The position numbers and the translations under genes are program-made. From Podospora anserina (lineage: Eukaryota), in assembly GCA_017654855.1 (NCBI GenBank), contig CM030335.1, forward strand, positions 2,542,001 through 2,606,000: a stretch of DNA of 64,000 nucleotides. Reading direction: 5' to 3'. Shown one piece after another: positions 36,868 to 49,100 of this stretch. Position 1 is the first letter of the stretch. The number at the start of each line of letters is the position of its first letter. Under the pieces are notes generated by a model. It had not been told where the DNA came from. It saw nothing but the letters and a program-made list of their open reading frames with translations, and made no database searches.

Positions 36868-37970
36868 CAAAACTCAATTGCTGTTCAACACAACGGTTGC
36901 AAGTGGTCAGCAAAGCAATTGGGGGTTTTGATTCGACGGCGCAAAAAGAAGAGGTGAGCTTGTTGTAAGAGAAAGGGAACTGCAGCGGTCTTGTGTGTGC
37001 TATCGTCAATATATCCAGATGTGGGTGGGCTTTGAGGCGGAGTCGTGTCTTGTGCCTCGAATGTAGTGTAAGGCTGCTGTTTTTCCATCCTCGATGCTGT
37101 GCGACCGACCGCCTCGCTGTTGTTGCCCAATCTTCACAGCCCTCGAGGACATCTGTCTGGAAACGTTTCCTTTTCTTCTTCAGCCGGGAGAAAGGACCGC
37201 AAGTCGATAGGACTACCACCGTAGCTGCGCGGTCCTAGCGGCTCTTCAACAATTGGACGATGTTACACATGCAAGCACTTCGCAAGGCGTTGCGCGTCCG
37301 GGCAGTCGGTCCCTTGACAGTTACGCAGCCCTGCCTTGTGCGCCCCCATGGAAATTACCCACATGTCCACATGGACGATTTGCAATAACTCATTGCAGTT
37401 CCATGCGGCTCTTTTCTCACAGCTCATATGTGTCCAGTTGTTGGTATGCTCTACGAATCTTCTTGTTGCTTTCGGGTTCCATGTCAACTTTTTGACATGT
37501 CAAGCCCACCGCGCCCTTGGGAGGCCTGGCAGACACCCTGAACCGTGCCGCCGGCGTAAGCCCGTCCGAGCGTCGCTCTTTTGCTGCAGTTCAACCGGAA
37601 AGGCAGAGTGGGCCCAAATCCCACTGGTCCCGTGTTATTGGATGGGAGCCTTGTGATGAGATCCACGGTGGGGCAGTGCTACACCAGAGTGTACCACGGT
37701 ACAGAATATTCAAATGGACCATCTTGGGGCTTGATTGGAGTCTATGTGTCGGGAGAAGCTGAAGAAGGTGCGAGGAAGACTGGCTCTTATGAAATTTGTG
37801 TCAGCTAACGAATCCGACACAAACCCAATTGGAGATCAGCTTTCGCGAATGTGTTGAAGCCAAAGCTGGGCTTCAAAACTAGCAGCGACGCTACTCGGTT
37901 TGGAACCCCGCAGTCTGCACTGTTGTCAAGGCTGCGGTTTTTTTTTGGAGCCGGTCGGTCCTCAAGTTTG

Positions 37971-37977
37971 TGACTCA
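37971..37977. promoter_or_regulatory. TGACTCA Gcn4/Cpc1 response element (proximal; autoregulation)
   Basis: Perfect TGACTCA followed by CCAAT at ~38010, about 250 nt before uORF1. Confidence 0.6.
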
Positions 37978-38221
37978 CACTTGCCCTTTTCGGCTGACCG
38001 TCGGCGCAGCCAATCAGATGGCAGATCCCACCGCGCTGCCGCCTTGGAAGCCTCTGCGGCCTGGGGCAGGCGTCGGGGTGGGGCGTCCGCTCTGCTTGCC
38101 CAGGCAGTTCGCTGCCTGATTAAAACGTCCTCTGCGCCCACTTTTCCGTCCTGCTTTCTCTTTCTCTCACCAAACCACTCACAACAACCAATTTTCAGAC
38201 CAACCCAAGGCATCTACCAAG

Positions 38222-38230
38222 ATGCGTTAA
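38222..38230 (+). promoter_or_regulatory. cpc-1 uORF1 (ATG CGT TAA)
   Basis: Minimal uORF at the start of the leader, in frame with the main CDS. Confidence 0.85.
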
Positions 38231-38454
38231 ATCATCCCCTCCCCTCGTCGGAACTGCTCTTTGAGCCTCGTCAACATTTCTTCTTTTAAGAATTTTAACA
38301 ATCTCCCCTCTCAACCCCCCCCTTCAGCTCTACCTTCACAGGTTGAACTGAACTACAGCACCCAGCTTTCCAGCTCGCGCTCCGGTTCACATCCCACCAC
38401 CGCCATTCCCGGCCCAGACTTTTCAGTCTTCACCACGGATTCACATCAGTCATC

Positions 38455-38580
38455 ATGGACTCCCTCCAGTACCTCGAGCCTGCCGGCACATTCCGCGCAT
38501 CAACAGCCCCCACAGAATCTCAGCTTGCCCCAACAGGACTTCGTCTTGTTCGATTCGCCGATCAATCATCGTCCACATAG
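38455..38580 (+). promoter_or_regulatory. cpc-1 uORF2 (41 codons, MDSLQYLEPAGTFRAS..GLRLVRFADQSSST)
   Basis: Second AUG in the leader, out of frame with the main CDS; matches the known two-uORF layout of cpc-1. Confidence 0.85.
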
Positions 38581-38908
38581 TAGCCGTACTACATCGCAAC
38601 CTTCCGCCCACGGAGGTGTAAATCAACCACAGCAATATCGTAATCAGCCGCTCTTCCCGCAGCAGATCCCATCGCCATCACTGCAGAATCAGCGAGTTGC
38701 GAACATCATCCAGGCAACCGGCCACTCCACGACTTCATCGGCATTCACCAATCGGTTTACTACACAGAACTCGCGCCCATCGCCGCAACAGTTCTACGCC
38801 TCGTCCGCTCCATCTTCGTCTGTTGCTCTGAACATTCCCAAGCAACGCCAGCACCGCCCACCCGTTCCCCTGTTTCCACAAGGTCCCGGCGGCGTGCCAC
38901 CAGGCAAG

Positions 38909-39679
38909 ATGAACATTCAAGGTAATTTCACTCCGCAACACCACCTTGCTCGCCACAGAGGCTCACACATGAGATCAGACCTGGATTTGGACGACTTCAC
39001 CGCCTTTGAGGGCGGTGCGTCTACCACGTACTCGTCGCCAGCTCTCCCGACTGTCTTCGATCTGAGCTCCAGCGTCTCGAGCACGGGGCAAAACCTGGCC
39101 ACCGTCTCTCCTCAAGAGCTCATGATGAACGAGCCCTTCATGTCAGCACCCAACTCCACTGCTTTCACCGCTTTGACTTCGCCATCGCTGTATAACGGTT
39201 CCCCCGATTTCTGCGACAGCTATGAGACCTCTCCTCACTTTGGAGGAGGAGGTGATTTCGACTCCAACCCGGACAACTGGTTCCCCCTTTTCCCAACAAC
39301 CAACACGGAACCAGAAGCCCCCAAGGAGGCGCTTGTTGGGCCTAAGCCTGAACAGTCCCCAGTAATTACCGCCGAGGAGCTCGAAGTCAAGTCGCTGGCC
39401 TCGGGACATCGTCGCAAGTCAAGCACTTCTCCACCAACCCGCCACTCGTCCATCGCCGGTGTCAACTCTCGCCGCCGCGACAAGCCCCTTCCTCCCATCA
39501 TTGTCGACGATCCCACGGATACTGTCGCGATGAAGCGTGCTCGCAACACTCTTGCGGCTCGCAAGTCTCGGGAGCGCAAGGCCGCTCGCTTGGATGAGCT
39601 TGAGGAGAAGATTGAGAAGCTCTCTGCTGAGCGTGATCATTGGAAGCAATTGGCTTTGCAACTAGGTGCAAAGGAGTAA
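38909..39679 (+). CDS. cpc-1: Cross-pathway control bZIP transcription factor (Gcn4 orthologue)
   Basis: Exons 38909-38921 and 38979-39679 (57-nt intron): MNIQDLDLDDFTAFEGG..TVSPQEL..SAPNSTAFT.LTSPS..WFPLF..PLPPI..AMKRARNTLAARKSRERK plus leucine zipper. Confidence 0.95.
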   Translation: MNIQGNFTPQHHLARHRGSHMRSDLDLDDFTAFEGGASTTYSSPALPTVFDLSSSVSSTGQNLATVSPQELMMNEPFMSAPNSTAFTALTSPSLYNGSPDFCDSYETSPHFGGGGDFDSNPDNWFPLFPTTNTEPEAPKEALVGPKPEQSPVITAEELEVKSLASGHRRKSSTSPPTRHSSIAGVNSRRRDKPLPPIIVDDPTDTVAMKRARNTLAARKSRERKAARLDELEEKIEKLSAERDHWKQLALQLGAKE

Positions 39680-40882
39680 AATTGGTGCTCAGGAGTAAAC
39701 CAACCAAAAAAAATAATAGGCAATCGGCTTCGTCGTACGGCACATTATCCCCCATTGTAATGGACATTGGGGAGGGGATTTCATCGGATTCTCATTTTTC
39801 TTTTTCTGTCTTTTCTATGGTTTTTTACTTGGGAAGCCGGTCGTCAGCTTTGTCAGCGGGCCAGGCAATGTCATTTGTCGTTCAGTATCTGGTCTCCTTG
39901 GAAGGAAATAACTAGTTGTTTTTTGACCATTCCCCTTGACCTTTCCGGTTCATTGTGTTCTTATAGACTCAATTAAACCCTATGAACTTGTGCTCCTGAT
40001 TTCTCTGGCGTGACTATCTTTGACAGAAGTTTTTGTGACTGAGATGGTATGTGGTACTGTTGGTGACTGCTCTCGTAAGTGATACTCTCACACCTTTTGT
40101 CTCCCGACTGCTCCGTGACACGGGACAAGCTTTCAAGAATATGTTGCTGATGCATTCACTTCCAACTATTTCCACTGTAAAGCAGATGCCTGATGAGCCT
40201 CATTCTTCCACCAGTCCAGGTAGCTTCTCCGATGGACTTTGCGCAAGGCAACTGTGGTGTGGTGTGATGTCTCCGATTTGGAAACAGATGGTTGCCTAGG
40301 CTATCTCGTTTGTTCAGAAAATGACCCAGGTTGGTAAGCTCCATGTGGACTTGTTCGGTGAGTTGAAATAACTCATAGCAGAAGGACCATGAACAAAATT
40401 GAAGAGTAGACTTTAGGTGTTTATTGAGATGTTGGTAGCGTAGAAGGTATGAGGAAATTCTAGACGGTTGGGGAAGGTTAGTCTCACGAGCAGTTGAAGT
40501 AAACAAAGATGATACGATAAAAGTAGGCTTCATGGCAGGTAGATTGCTTTGATGTGTGCTGAGTTGCTCCGAAATGCAATGGTGGGTTGAGTGAGCATTA
40601 TGAGAGGTGGTGGTAAGGCAATGTGTATGTTTGCCTACTTATGCATACCTTGCTCTTGTTGCAGCCTTGTGTTATCTGCTGTTCTGGGTATTGACTCGTC
40701 CTTGCTCTGATCTGCTACACTCTGGTTGCTTCTGTGGCTGTTCTTTCCTACATGATCTTCTTCCGAGTGCTCTCTTTTCAAACAGCCCCCTTATTCGCTA
40801 CCTGCTCCAACCGCCTCCCCATTCGCGATTTCTGGCTATTCCATCTCCATTTTCCCCTCCCAAGGTGCTGTTTGTTACCTGG

Positions 40883-41132
40883 CACCCTCCCCATGAAATG
40901 ATTAGCACAGCAAGTAAGCTAACCCCTTATTATACTGTAAACCATACCTAAAGTAATAGGGTTTTTTAATACTATCTTTAAAGGCTTGTTAACTGTCTTT
41001 AAAGACTATTAACTATCTTTCACAGCGTATTAACTATCTTTAAAGGACTAACGCCTATCTTTCGAGGTATGGTTTATAGTATAATGTAGATTTAACCTAC
41101 TTTTGAGTGCTAATTATTTTGTGGTGAGGGTG
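40883..41132. mobile_element. 250-bp non-autonomous TIR element (MITE) with CCTGG target-site duplication
   Basis: ~67-bp imperfect TIRs at 40883-40949 and 41065-41132 (CACCCTC..ATTAGCAC..ATTATACT.TAAACCATACCT), CCTGG directly outside both ends, AT-rich core of ~20-bp tandem repeats. Confidence 0.85.
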
Positions 41133-42472
41133 CCTGGTCGTCCATCTTCCAGTTGCCGCTGTTCACTTGTTTTGTCCAAGCCGTCTCCTTCAAGTTGACT
41201 CGTTTCGACTTACTACTCGCCCACAATCATCATAGTTTTTCAAAAGACATAGCCGGCCAGCATCCACGCAGCAGACTCACAACTGAGTCATCATCAATAT
41301 CCAGTCAGCCAACGTCAACATATCAACAGCAACGAGCAACAAACCATAACCAGCCAGTAGTTGCCAGTCCATCCGTCAGTTCCTGTATGTATATCACCAG
41401 TCACATTGAAAAGTCACGCATATCATCAGTCCCCAAAAGTAGCGCATAGCCTCATGTCATTTTGTATTCTCCAACTGGCCCCCATTTCCTATCTTAACCC
41501 CCTATCTTCAAACTACCATACAACCCCTTCCCCTTCTCTCCTCCCCCCTCCCATCCCCATCATCACCCGCCCAGCATTAATCACAAATAGTTTTTATCAA
41601 TATCGTATCCCAGTTCAAGAAAAAAGTAATAATATCACCCCCCTCTTCCCCCTTCTTCACCACCCCATCCATCCCCTCGTCATCTTTTCTTTACTTTTCT
41701 CATTCCATCCAACCAGCACACCAATCATAACCCATCATCCCCGTGCACCATCACTCATACACAAAAAGCACAACAAACCAACAACCACGCATAAGAAAAA
41801 AAAAACCAACACAAGAAAAGGACATAGCCACATAACAATAAAGCTCCCGGTTCACAGTATGCTCTACTACATGAAACTACTTTCTTTCTTTCCTTCCCCT
41901 CTACCACGAAAACGTAAAAAAAACCCCTCTTGTATACCTCCCCTCCCACACACCCAATCATTGCTCTGTCTTGAGTGCCCAAAAAAATGGGCAGAATCAA
42001 ATGCCCCCGAACCAAAAGCCGCCGAACCACAACGAGAGAGAAACACCCAACCCCCAGAAAGAAGAACCCCCCCCCCCCTTTTAACGAAGAGAATGGTAGA
42101 AGAAAAAAAAGTTAGTAGTAAAATAGTAAAATAAAATAAAACCGTTTTGTTTAATAGAAGAAAAAATAAAGGGAAGCCACTCGCTCTCTCTTCTGCTCTT
42201 CTTTCTCTTCTTGTTGCACCCCCCTAATGTGCCTACTCCTTCTCTCTGTTCCCCCCTCTTCCCCCAACTCAATATGTAAACCATCTCCATCATCTCCCCT
42301 TAAGCAACCAAGACGGATGGATCGACGGATGAATGGATGGCGTCTCCAATAATACTCGTACATATACACAAAAGGTTCGTGGGTATGTTGATGTTGATGC
42401 GGATGCAAAAAAAAAAGAGTTCCGCGGGTTTAGAATTGTGGTATCGTGTTTTGGTATCGTAGTGAACAATGT

Positions 42473-42506
<34 letters not shown>
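42473..42506. repeat. (TG)n microsatellite
   Basis: Direct reading; in the 3' UTR of the minus-strand gene. Confidence 0.9.
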
Positions 42507-42572
42507 GGTGGGTGAGTGAGTGGGTGGGTGTTTGTGTTTGCGGGTCCCGACCATGCTAAACTTCCCATCCAT

Positions 42573-45500
42573 CTAGCTCACGATCATCATCTGCATCCGA
42601 GGCGAGTCAGCAGACCCCCTGCCCAAGATAGAGTTGCTGCTGTGACTCTTTGGAAGCCTCCTGGGTGGACTAGACGCAGCAGGATCCGAAAAGACTCGCG
42701 TAAAGGCTGGGCTGCCATCCAGATTGAGATGCGAAAGTCGCTCACGACGAGGAGTGGCGGCCGGGCTTTGGGTAAGCAGTTCAGCTTTGCGTACTGCATC
42801 CGACAGCGAGTCTCGCAGGTGACCAGCCCTCTTCACCAGCTCTTGGAGACTGTTTGTGTCAAAGAACAGCTTGGTGTCTTGGGTCTTGGTGGCGGTGGCG
42901 GCGATGGGATCGGAAGTAGACCGCTGTTGCTGCATTGCCTGGATCACGGTGGCCAGAACGGCAGAGCTCCCATTGGGGCTTACCGAACCGTCTGGTGTTC
43001 GTGGTCGTGGAGGCTTAAGCGGCTCGTCGGGCAGTGGCCACTGACCGCCGAAAATATCGTCGTCAGGCGAAAACACCGACCGTCTTCGGACAGTCGCTCG
43101 TTCTCGTACCACTGTCGTCCGGGTCATCATCTGCGGCTCGGGAATCTCGAAAGGATCGTTAATGTCATCAAGCATGGAGCCATCAAACCCCTCGTCGATA
43201 AAACGTTCATCAATCTCATCAAGATCATCTCGATCAAAGTCCAGTGACAACTTGACTGAACCAAACTCATCAGCTTCGTCCTCATCGGGCGATGCCAGGG
43301 CAATAATATTTTCCGCCTCGACCCATTTTGGTTGTATGGCCCCGTGAATAATGTTGAGGTCTTTGCCATGGCGGCATAGTCGTTTCAAGTCATTGACGAG
43401 CAAGGAAAGTTCCCGTATTTGACCCGAATGGGCTTTTACACTCGGCTGACTGGCTTGAATCGACGGGGGAACGACCATAAAACTCGTGCTAGAGTCCTTT
43501 CCTCCGGTCGTATCAAGCGGGGTTTCGTCAAAAACGAAATCATCATCCCAGTCCTCGCTGGCATTCTTTGTACTCAGCCCCCATGTTCCAAACTTTGGAG
43601 GCGGTTTGGATTCATCAGTAGGTTCTGGAACAACAGGAACGCTCTGGCTCCGTACATGCCCGGCTTTCGGGGCTTTCCGACTTGTCGAACGACCAATCCT
43701 CAAATCCATCTCCTGCTTCCCATGAACCGTTTTGGGTCGGGTTGTATCGGAATCGAGCTTGTCATGGATCGATGGTTCTGACCAGTCAAATATGCTGCTC
43801 CTCGGCCGGTCGCTCATACTATCACGAGACAGATCGGGGCTCCCATTCCCACCCAAATTTTTGAGCGCATGCCGAAGTGTCGGACTGACACGTCTCGAAT
43901 TCGTCGAGCTCGGTGGCGAAAGATGATTGCTCAAAGTGTTATCGTCGTCTCGTGCCCAGTCATCGTCGTCGTCATCATCAAAAGATAACCTGGCCGCAAA
44001 CTCTCGGTGTACCAGCATCAGACCTCCCTGACCACCATAGCCAAACCCGTCCAACTTGATCGGCTTTGTTGTGCCATCCAGGTGAGTGCTCCGAACAGGC
44101 GTGGCTGCACTGTCTTCCTCTTCAGTGATCTTGGTTTCGCCATCCCATCCACGTCCCAGCATCTCTTGAATCGATAACCTCTTGGTTTTGCCGTTGCTGG
44201 CAGTGCTCGGTGGCGATTCATCAAACATCGAGTCTAGCGGTGTCTCAACAGACCGAACCCGACTGGAAGAGGCGATGGTGCGGAAGGAATCGTAGGCATC
44301 ACTCCGGACATCTGTGTCTTCGTCATCTGCATCGTGGACCTCAAAGTCGGAGCCTGCCAGCGTGATTGATCGTTCCCCCGAAGGACCTCGGCTATGTGTG
44401 GGAGCAGGAGGGTTCTGGGAGCCGTTCATGTAGTTTATCGGGGTATGGAATGATCTTGGAGGCGGTGTGGAAGAGGAAGAACTTGACAGCCCAAGTCGTG
44501 AAACGTCGATGTTGAAGCTGGATAGACGGTTTAATGGCGGAAGAGGAGAGGGTGAATTTCTCTTGCGGTTCCGTGGAGCATCCGAGAGGGTTGGTGCAGG
44601 CTCAAGCTGTGGTGCTTGCGGCTGGTAGTTGGGTGGCACAACAATTTCTTGTGTGGTTGGGCTGCCCGGAGACTGCATTGGGTCGCGAAGCATGCCGGCC
44701 AGGTCGGCGGTCGCATATCGATTATCATTTCCGCCCTTGGCGTCAACGGTACTCCTTCTAGGACGCCGAACGCTCGAGGTTCTCGCGATCCAGTTTTGGG
44801 CTGAACTAAAATGCATCGACATTGACCTCTTCGGTCGCTTCTCGGAAGATGTTTCGGGCGAGTCGGTGGGGTTGACTGGACTCTGCAGAACCTCTAGGTC
44901 CTCGATGTGCCCGAAATCTTCTTCCTGCTGCTCAGCTTCATCCACAAACACAGGAATGTCTGTTATGCAATCTGCCTTGGTGAGGTATGCTCGAGAAACA
45001 TGGCCTGGGGTTAGAGACACTCGTCTTTTGGGGAACAGGGAAGCGAGCTTAGCGCTCTGTCCACTCGTAAGTCCTGAAGCGTCACGACCAAGGCCCGCCG
45101 CCCGCCGAGCATGAAAAAACGACGTCCATCTGCTGGAGGAACGCTTAGAGCCGCCAAATGATGAAGACGTTGGTGTTTCTGTCTCTGGGACACTCGAAGG
45201 CTCATATGAAAACTTGGGCCCGGCCCCAGCTCCAGCGGAAGGCGGAGGGTCAACCGAGTTACCTTGCAGTTGTGATTGTTGCTGCATGGTTGCTGTCCGT
45301 TGGTGGCTAGTAGCCGGTCTCCGGAGGGTCAACACCTGCGACTTGGAGCCCCGCCGTTGGTGAGATCCGTGTGGCTCACCGAAACCAGGGGCATTCCTCT
45401 TTACCAACTTGTTGGGGGCCGAGCTGGCAAGTGATTGTTGCCCAAGCATCGGGACACCTGAGCCATGTGAGAATGTCAAGGATGACGAGTCGGGTCCCAT

Positions 45501-46114
45501 GCTTGACCTTGGGCTCCCGTGTTGTGAGATCGGGCGTAATGAGAAGCGCCGAATCCACGATTCCCTAGAAGACACGGAGTCGCGAGCACTTTCTACATCC
45601 TGCCGCGGCACTGATTCTTTGGTATCTTGGCGAAGAAAGGACTGTCTCCCGCTGGTAGTTCTCGGTGATGTGACCGGTACGGCGCTGCCGGGTCGCTGAG
45701 GTTGAGCCGCTTCCGTGGTAGGGGACATCAGAGGACTTGGTGTTGGGTCGACAAGCTGGCGAAACGAGCCGTAGGCAAACTCCTGGACTGGTGAAGAGCA
45801 TCGTTGCTGCAGAGCTGCGGCACTCGTGTTAGGCCTCGCGCTCGAGGCTTGAGAGCCGAAGGCATCGTAGTCGGCAGAAAATACTCCTGGGTTCGGGCTG
45901 GACCACGGCGGCACTTCCGACTCTGACGGCTGACCAAATACCAGACCAGCAGCGGCGGCCGCAATGGCAGTGCCGGTTCCCACAAGCTATAACACAATTT
46001 TGTCAGTTGCCAAGTCCATCTCAAGAGTTGTTTGTAGTCCCATCCATGTGCTTGTGCTTCCTTCCGCCAGAGCTCCTCGTCGTCCAGATTACTTACACTC
46101 GGCACAGCCTGCAT
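42573..46114 (-). CDS. Large (~1143 aa) Ser/Pro/Arg-rich hypothetical protein
   Basis: Exon 46114-46097 (MQAVPS), intron 46096-45987 (GTAAGT..ACTGAC..TAG), exon 45986-42573; mostly low complexity with islands WGLSTKNASEDWDDDF and IRELSLLVNDLKRL. Confidence 0.85.
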
Positions 46115-49100
46115 CCTGGCTGCGGACGGACTGTTATCTCGACGGCGAAGCGTGGCGAGAGAAGAAAAGGACGGGGAGGGTGTCGGCTTTAGTTCGGGTC
46201 GTGGTTCGCATCGTCAGGGCATTAGAGGGCGGGAGTAGATTGTCGGGGTCGGAGAAATTGAGCTGAAGCAATGCGGAATGTGGAATGCGGGCCCGGTATG
46301 GCACTGTCGCGTCCTTGCCGTCAACAGCTTCGCCGTTGTTCACCTGGGGAAACAATACCGAGCCTGTAGGAAGGCAGCCGGCGCGCAGAAAGCTGCTCCT
46401 CCTAACTAACGCGAAGTCGCTTTCACTTGTTGCGGAGCCCGGCACGGGGAGAGCGAGGACAACTCCGTTTGTCGTGGAGTCAACGCGGGCGGGCTGCAGC
46501 TGACAATGAGGAGATCCACAGCACAGCGTGACAAGGGCTTTCAGCCTTTGAATTCGTCAGGATGGGGTCGCAATGGGCCGTGGCCGGGTCGTGATTGTGG
46601 CCGTTGCTGTGGTCGTCGAGAGGAGACTATCGCAACCCGAGTGAGGGCAAGGGAGGACTGTGAGTGGAGGGCCGTTTGCCAAAACAACACCGCCTTTAGC
46701 TTCTCTCTCGTCCCAAACACGCGCAGCTGCAGGCGCAATTCCTCCTCCTTCAGGGAAAAGGGAAAACAAAAGACGAAAAGGAAAGAATAGGGTAGAGGTA
46801 GAGAGAGAGAGTAAGGTGAGATTAAAGGTCGTGTCAAAACAAGCAACCGACGACGGTACTGGGGACGGCAGCAACGAACGCCGAGCCAGCAGAGAACCTT
46901 GGAAGGGGAGAAAATAGACGGTAGGTTGTTGCTGCGATGCCCAGGAACTGGGACTGGGACTGGGGCGGGCTGCGACTGTGGGGCCCTCGGACAGTGCGGG
47001 CGTTTCTGTCGCTTCCTGGGGGGGCTTGCTCCAGGTCCTTGCTGCAACACGCTACCTCGAGCATTCTCGGGTACCGTACGGCGCGAGCGACTCAGAGAGC
47101 CCTAGCGATGTGCACACTCTCTTTTTACTGGCCTCTGGTTGCTCGGGGTACGCGCATCCTCCAACTCCCCCCAGACGCACGCCATTGCGCAGTTCAGTCA
47201 GCCACTGGCCGACTGCCAGCCAACCTCATGCAACAACAAATACCGCCAGTCAAGGGAGCTTATGGATAAGAGATCCCCTCACGTCTGAAACTGGGGAAAC
47301 CTGGTTCATGACTCTCGTCTGTCTGTCTTCCCCTCTTCTGGCCATCCGACCACCTGCGGAACTGGCCGAGACTCCCAGGTTTATATGTACGCCATCCAAC
47401 CACCACGGACGAACGAGAACACCTCCTCTGAAGCAGAGACACAGCACCGGAGACAGAGAAACGCCGTCCGGCCTCACAACCGGCCGCAGGGAGGATGCTG
47501 GGACTCGAGAGCTGGGACCACCTGGGACGGGACCGCCTGAACATCATGCAGTTGCAGACTCATTTACAGGTACATACAGGCACTGTCAGGCACAGGCACG
47601 CGCATCAAATCCATATTATCATCTCCAGATAAAACGCCCCCCACACGCAACGACGTTGCTAAGCTTACTTGAGGAGCAACGGCTCCCAAAACAGCACTGG
47701 CCCCGAGGCAAGGCGATCCAAGATCCGATGCAAATCCAGCCCAGCTGCTGCTTGGTTCGCCTGAGGCTCGTCCGTTTAGCGCTCCTTTTCCCACTTTTAC
47801 TTTGTATGACGTTTGGACATATCTCTTGTCCTTAACGACAACTGCCCACCCGACATCTAACAGCCGGTTGGCCAATCTACCCGCCACCACAGAGCAGAAA
47901 ACCCGGGTACTTTGCTTCGAAACTAAACACGAGCCAGAAGCCGAGACTGCCGCCTTCTTGCCGCTGGTGCTGACCTGCTGTATATCAAACCCAGTCAATA
48001 TATAATACCAGACCTCGGCCAGCCAAACACATGCACGGGAGAGCCATTCGCCCGTCTGCAGGGTTTCAACTATCTGTGCGCCAGTATTGAGCCGTACCAA
48101 ACACTCTCTCGTCACCTTTCTTTTTTATTTAATACCTCTGCAACAATTATCTACTTGTATTCAAATACTGATTTCATGATGCTCCCGCCCAGGCGACCTG
48201 CAGCGAATAGCTGCATCTATGAGCCAGCCCACTTGACAAGAAGGATCAGACTACCAGCCAACGACAGCCAGACAAACCTGCATTACTTGCATGAGAAAAC
48301 AGGCATGCGGATGATCTGCTTTCTTTCCCCTCCTTTCCACACTCCACACTACTCCGGTTTTTGCTCTCTGCTAGGTTTATCAAGTTCCCAGTTCCCAGAC
48401 TGGCGGGCTCCTGACACGTAGGACCATCCACATGGAACAAGAATGGATTGGCAAAGGAGGTTCTGGAAATGTTCGTGATACCCCGCAAAATCCTACACCC
48501 GAAAGAGACTATCTTCCAATGCATAACCAACTTGATTAATTGACACACACCACTAGACGCCATCCCAAATACCGTGCAGGACAGTAGTGTCCCAACCATG
48601 CAGTACTATCTCAAGTCTGAAAACGACAGATGACACAAGGGCGTCATCCCATCCGTTTTCCGTTCTTGTCCGCCCAGAACTTTTCAACCTTCGTCTAGTG
48701 TCTGAGAAATCAGTGGATGCCAGTTGATGAACCCGTCAAGTTGCCCTTACACAACACCAAACTATTACACAGGTTTGACCAATACACAAGGCATCACAGC
48801 ATCGAAGTGCACAACACCACGCTAGCAGGTTACGGCGGTACGCTTCTTCTTCCGTGATACCCTTCTGTTTGGAGGTTGTGTATTGGTATCACGCACAACA
48901 ACAAGTCGATGCCATCTCGAATTTTTTTTCCTCTGTATGAGACAGACAGATGATCACCCGTTGAGACAAAAGAGATCTGAGCCCTATGCTGCCCTTTCCC
49001 CGCCACCGACGTAGATCAACGTGGGCTGGGGCCTTAAGGGACTTTTTTAACCTCAGACCTTGTCAGTGCTTTTTTGTCGATCGAATAAGAAAAAAAAAGA

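Noticed and set aside
40967-41064. Regularly spaced ~20-bp repeats that superficially resemble a CRISPR array
   Set aside because: Head-to-tail units without unique spacers, no cas genes, eukaryotic context; explained as the MITE interior
41361-42134. 257-aa ORF and neighbouring ORFs
   Set aside because: Low-complexity A/C-rich antisense of a 3' UTR with homopolymer runs
46978-47835. 285-aa plus-strand ORF starting at GTG
   Set aside because: No AUG start, no motif and no codon bias like the real genes; lies in the promoter region of the minus-strand gene
48778-48892. 12-bp inverted repeat ACCAATACACAA/TTGTGTATTGGT with an overlapping 9-bp one
   Set aside because: Short, no target duplication or other support; could arise by chance in 64 kb
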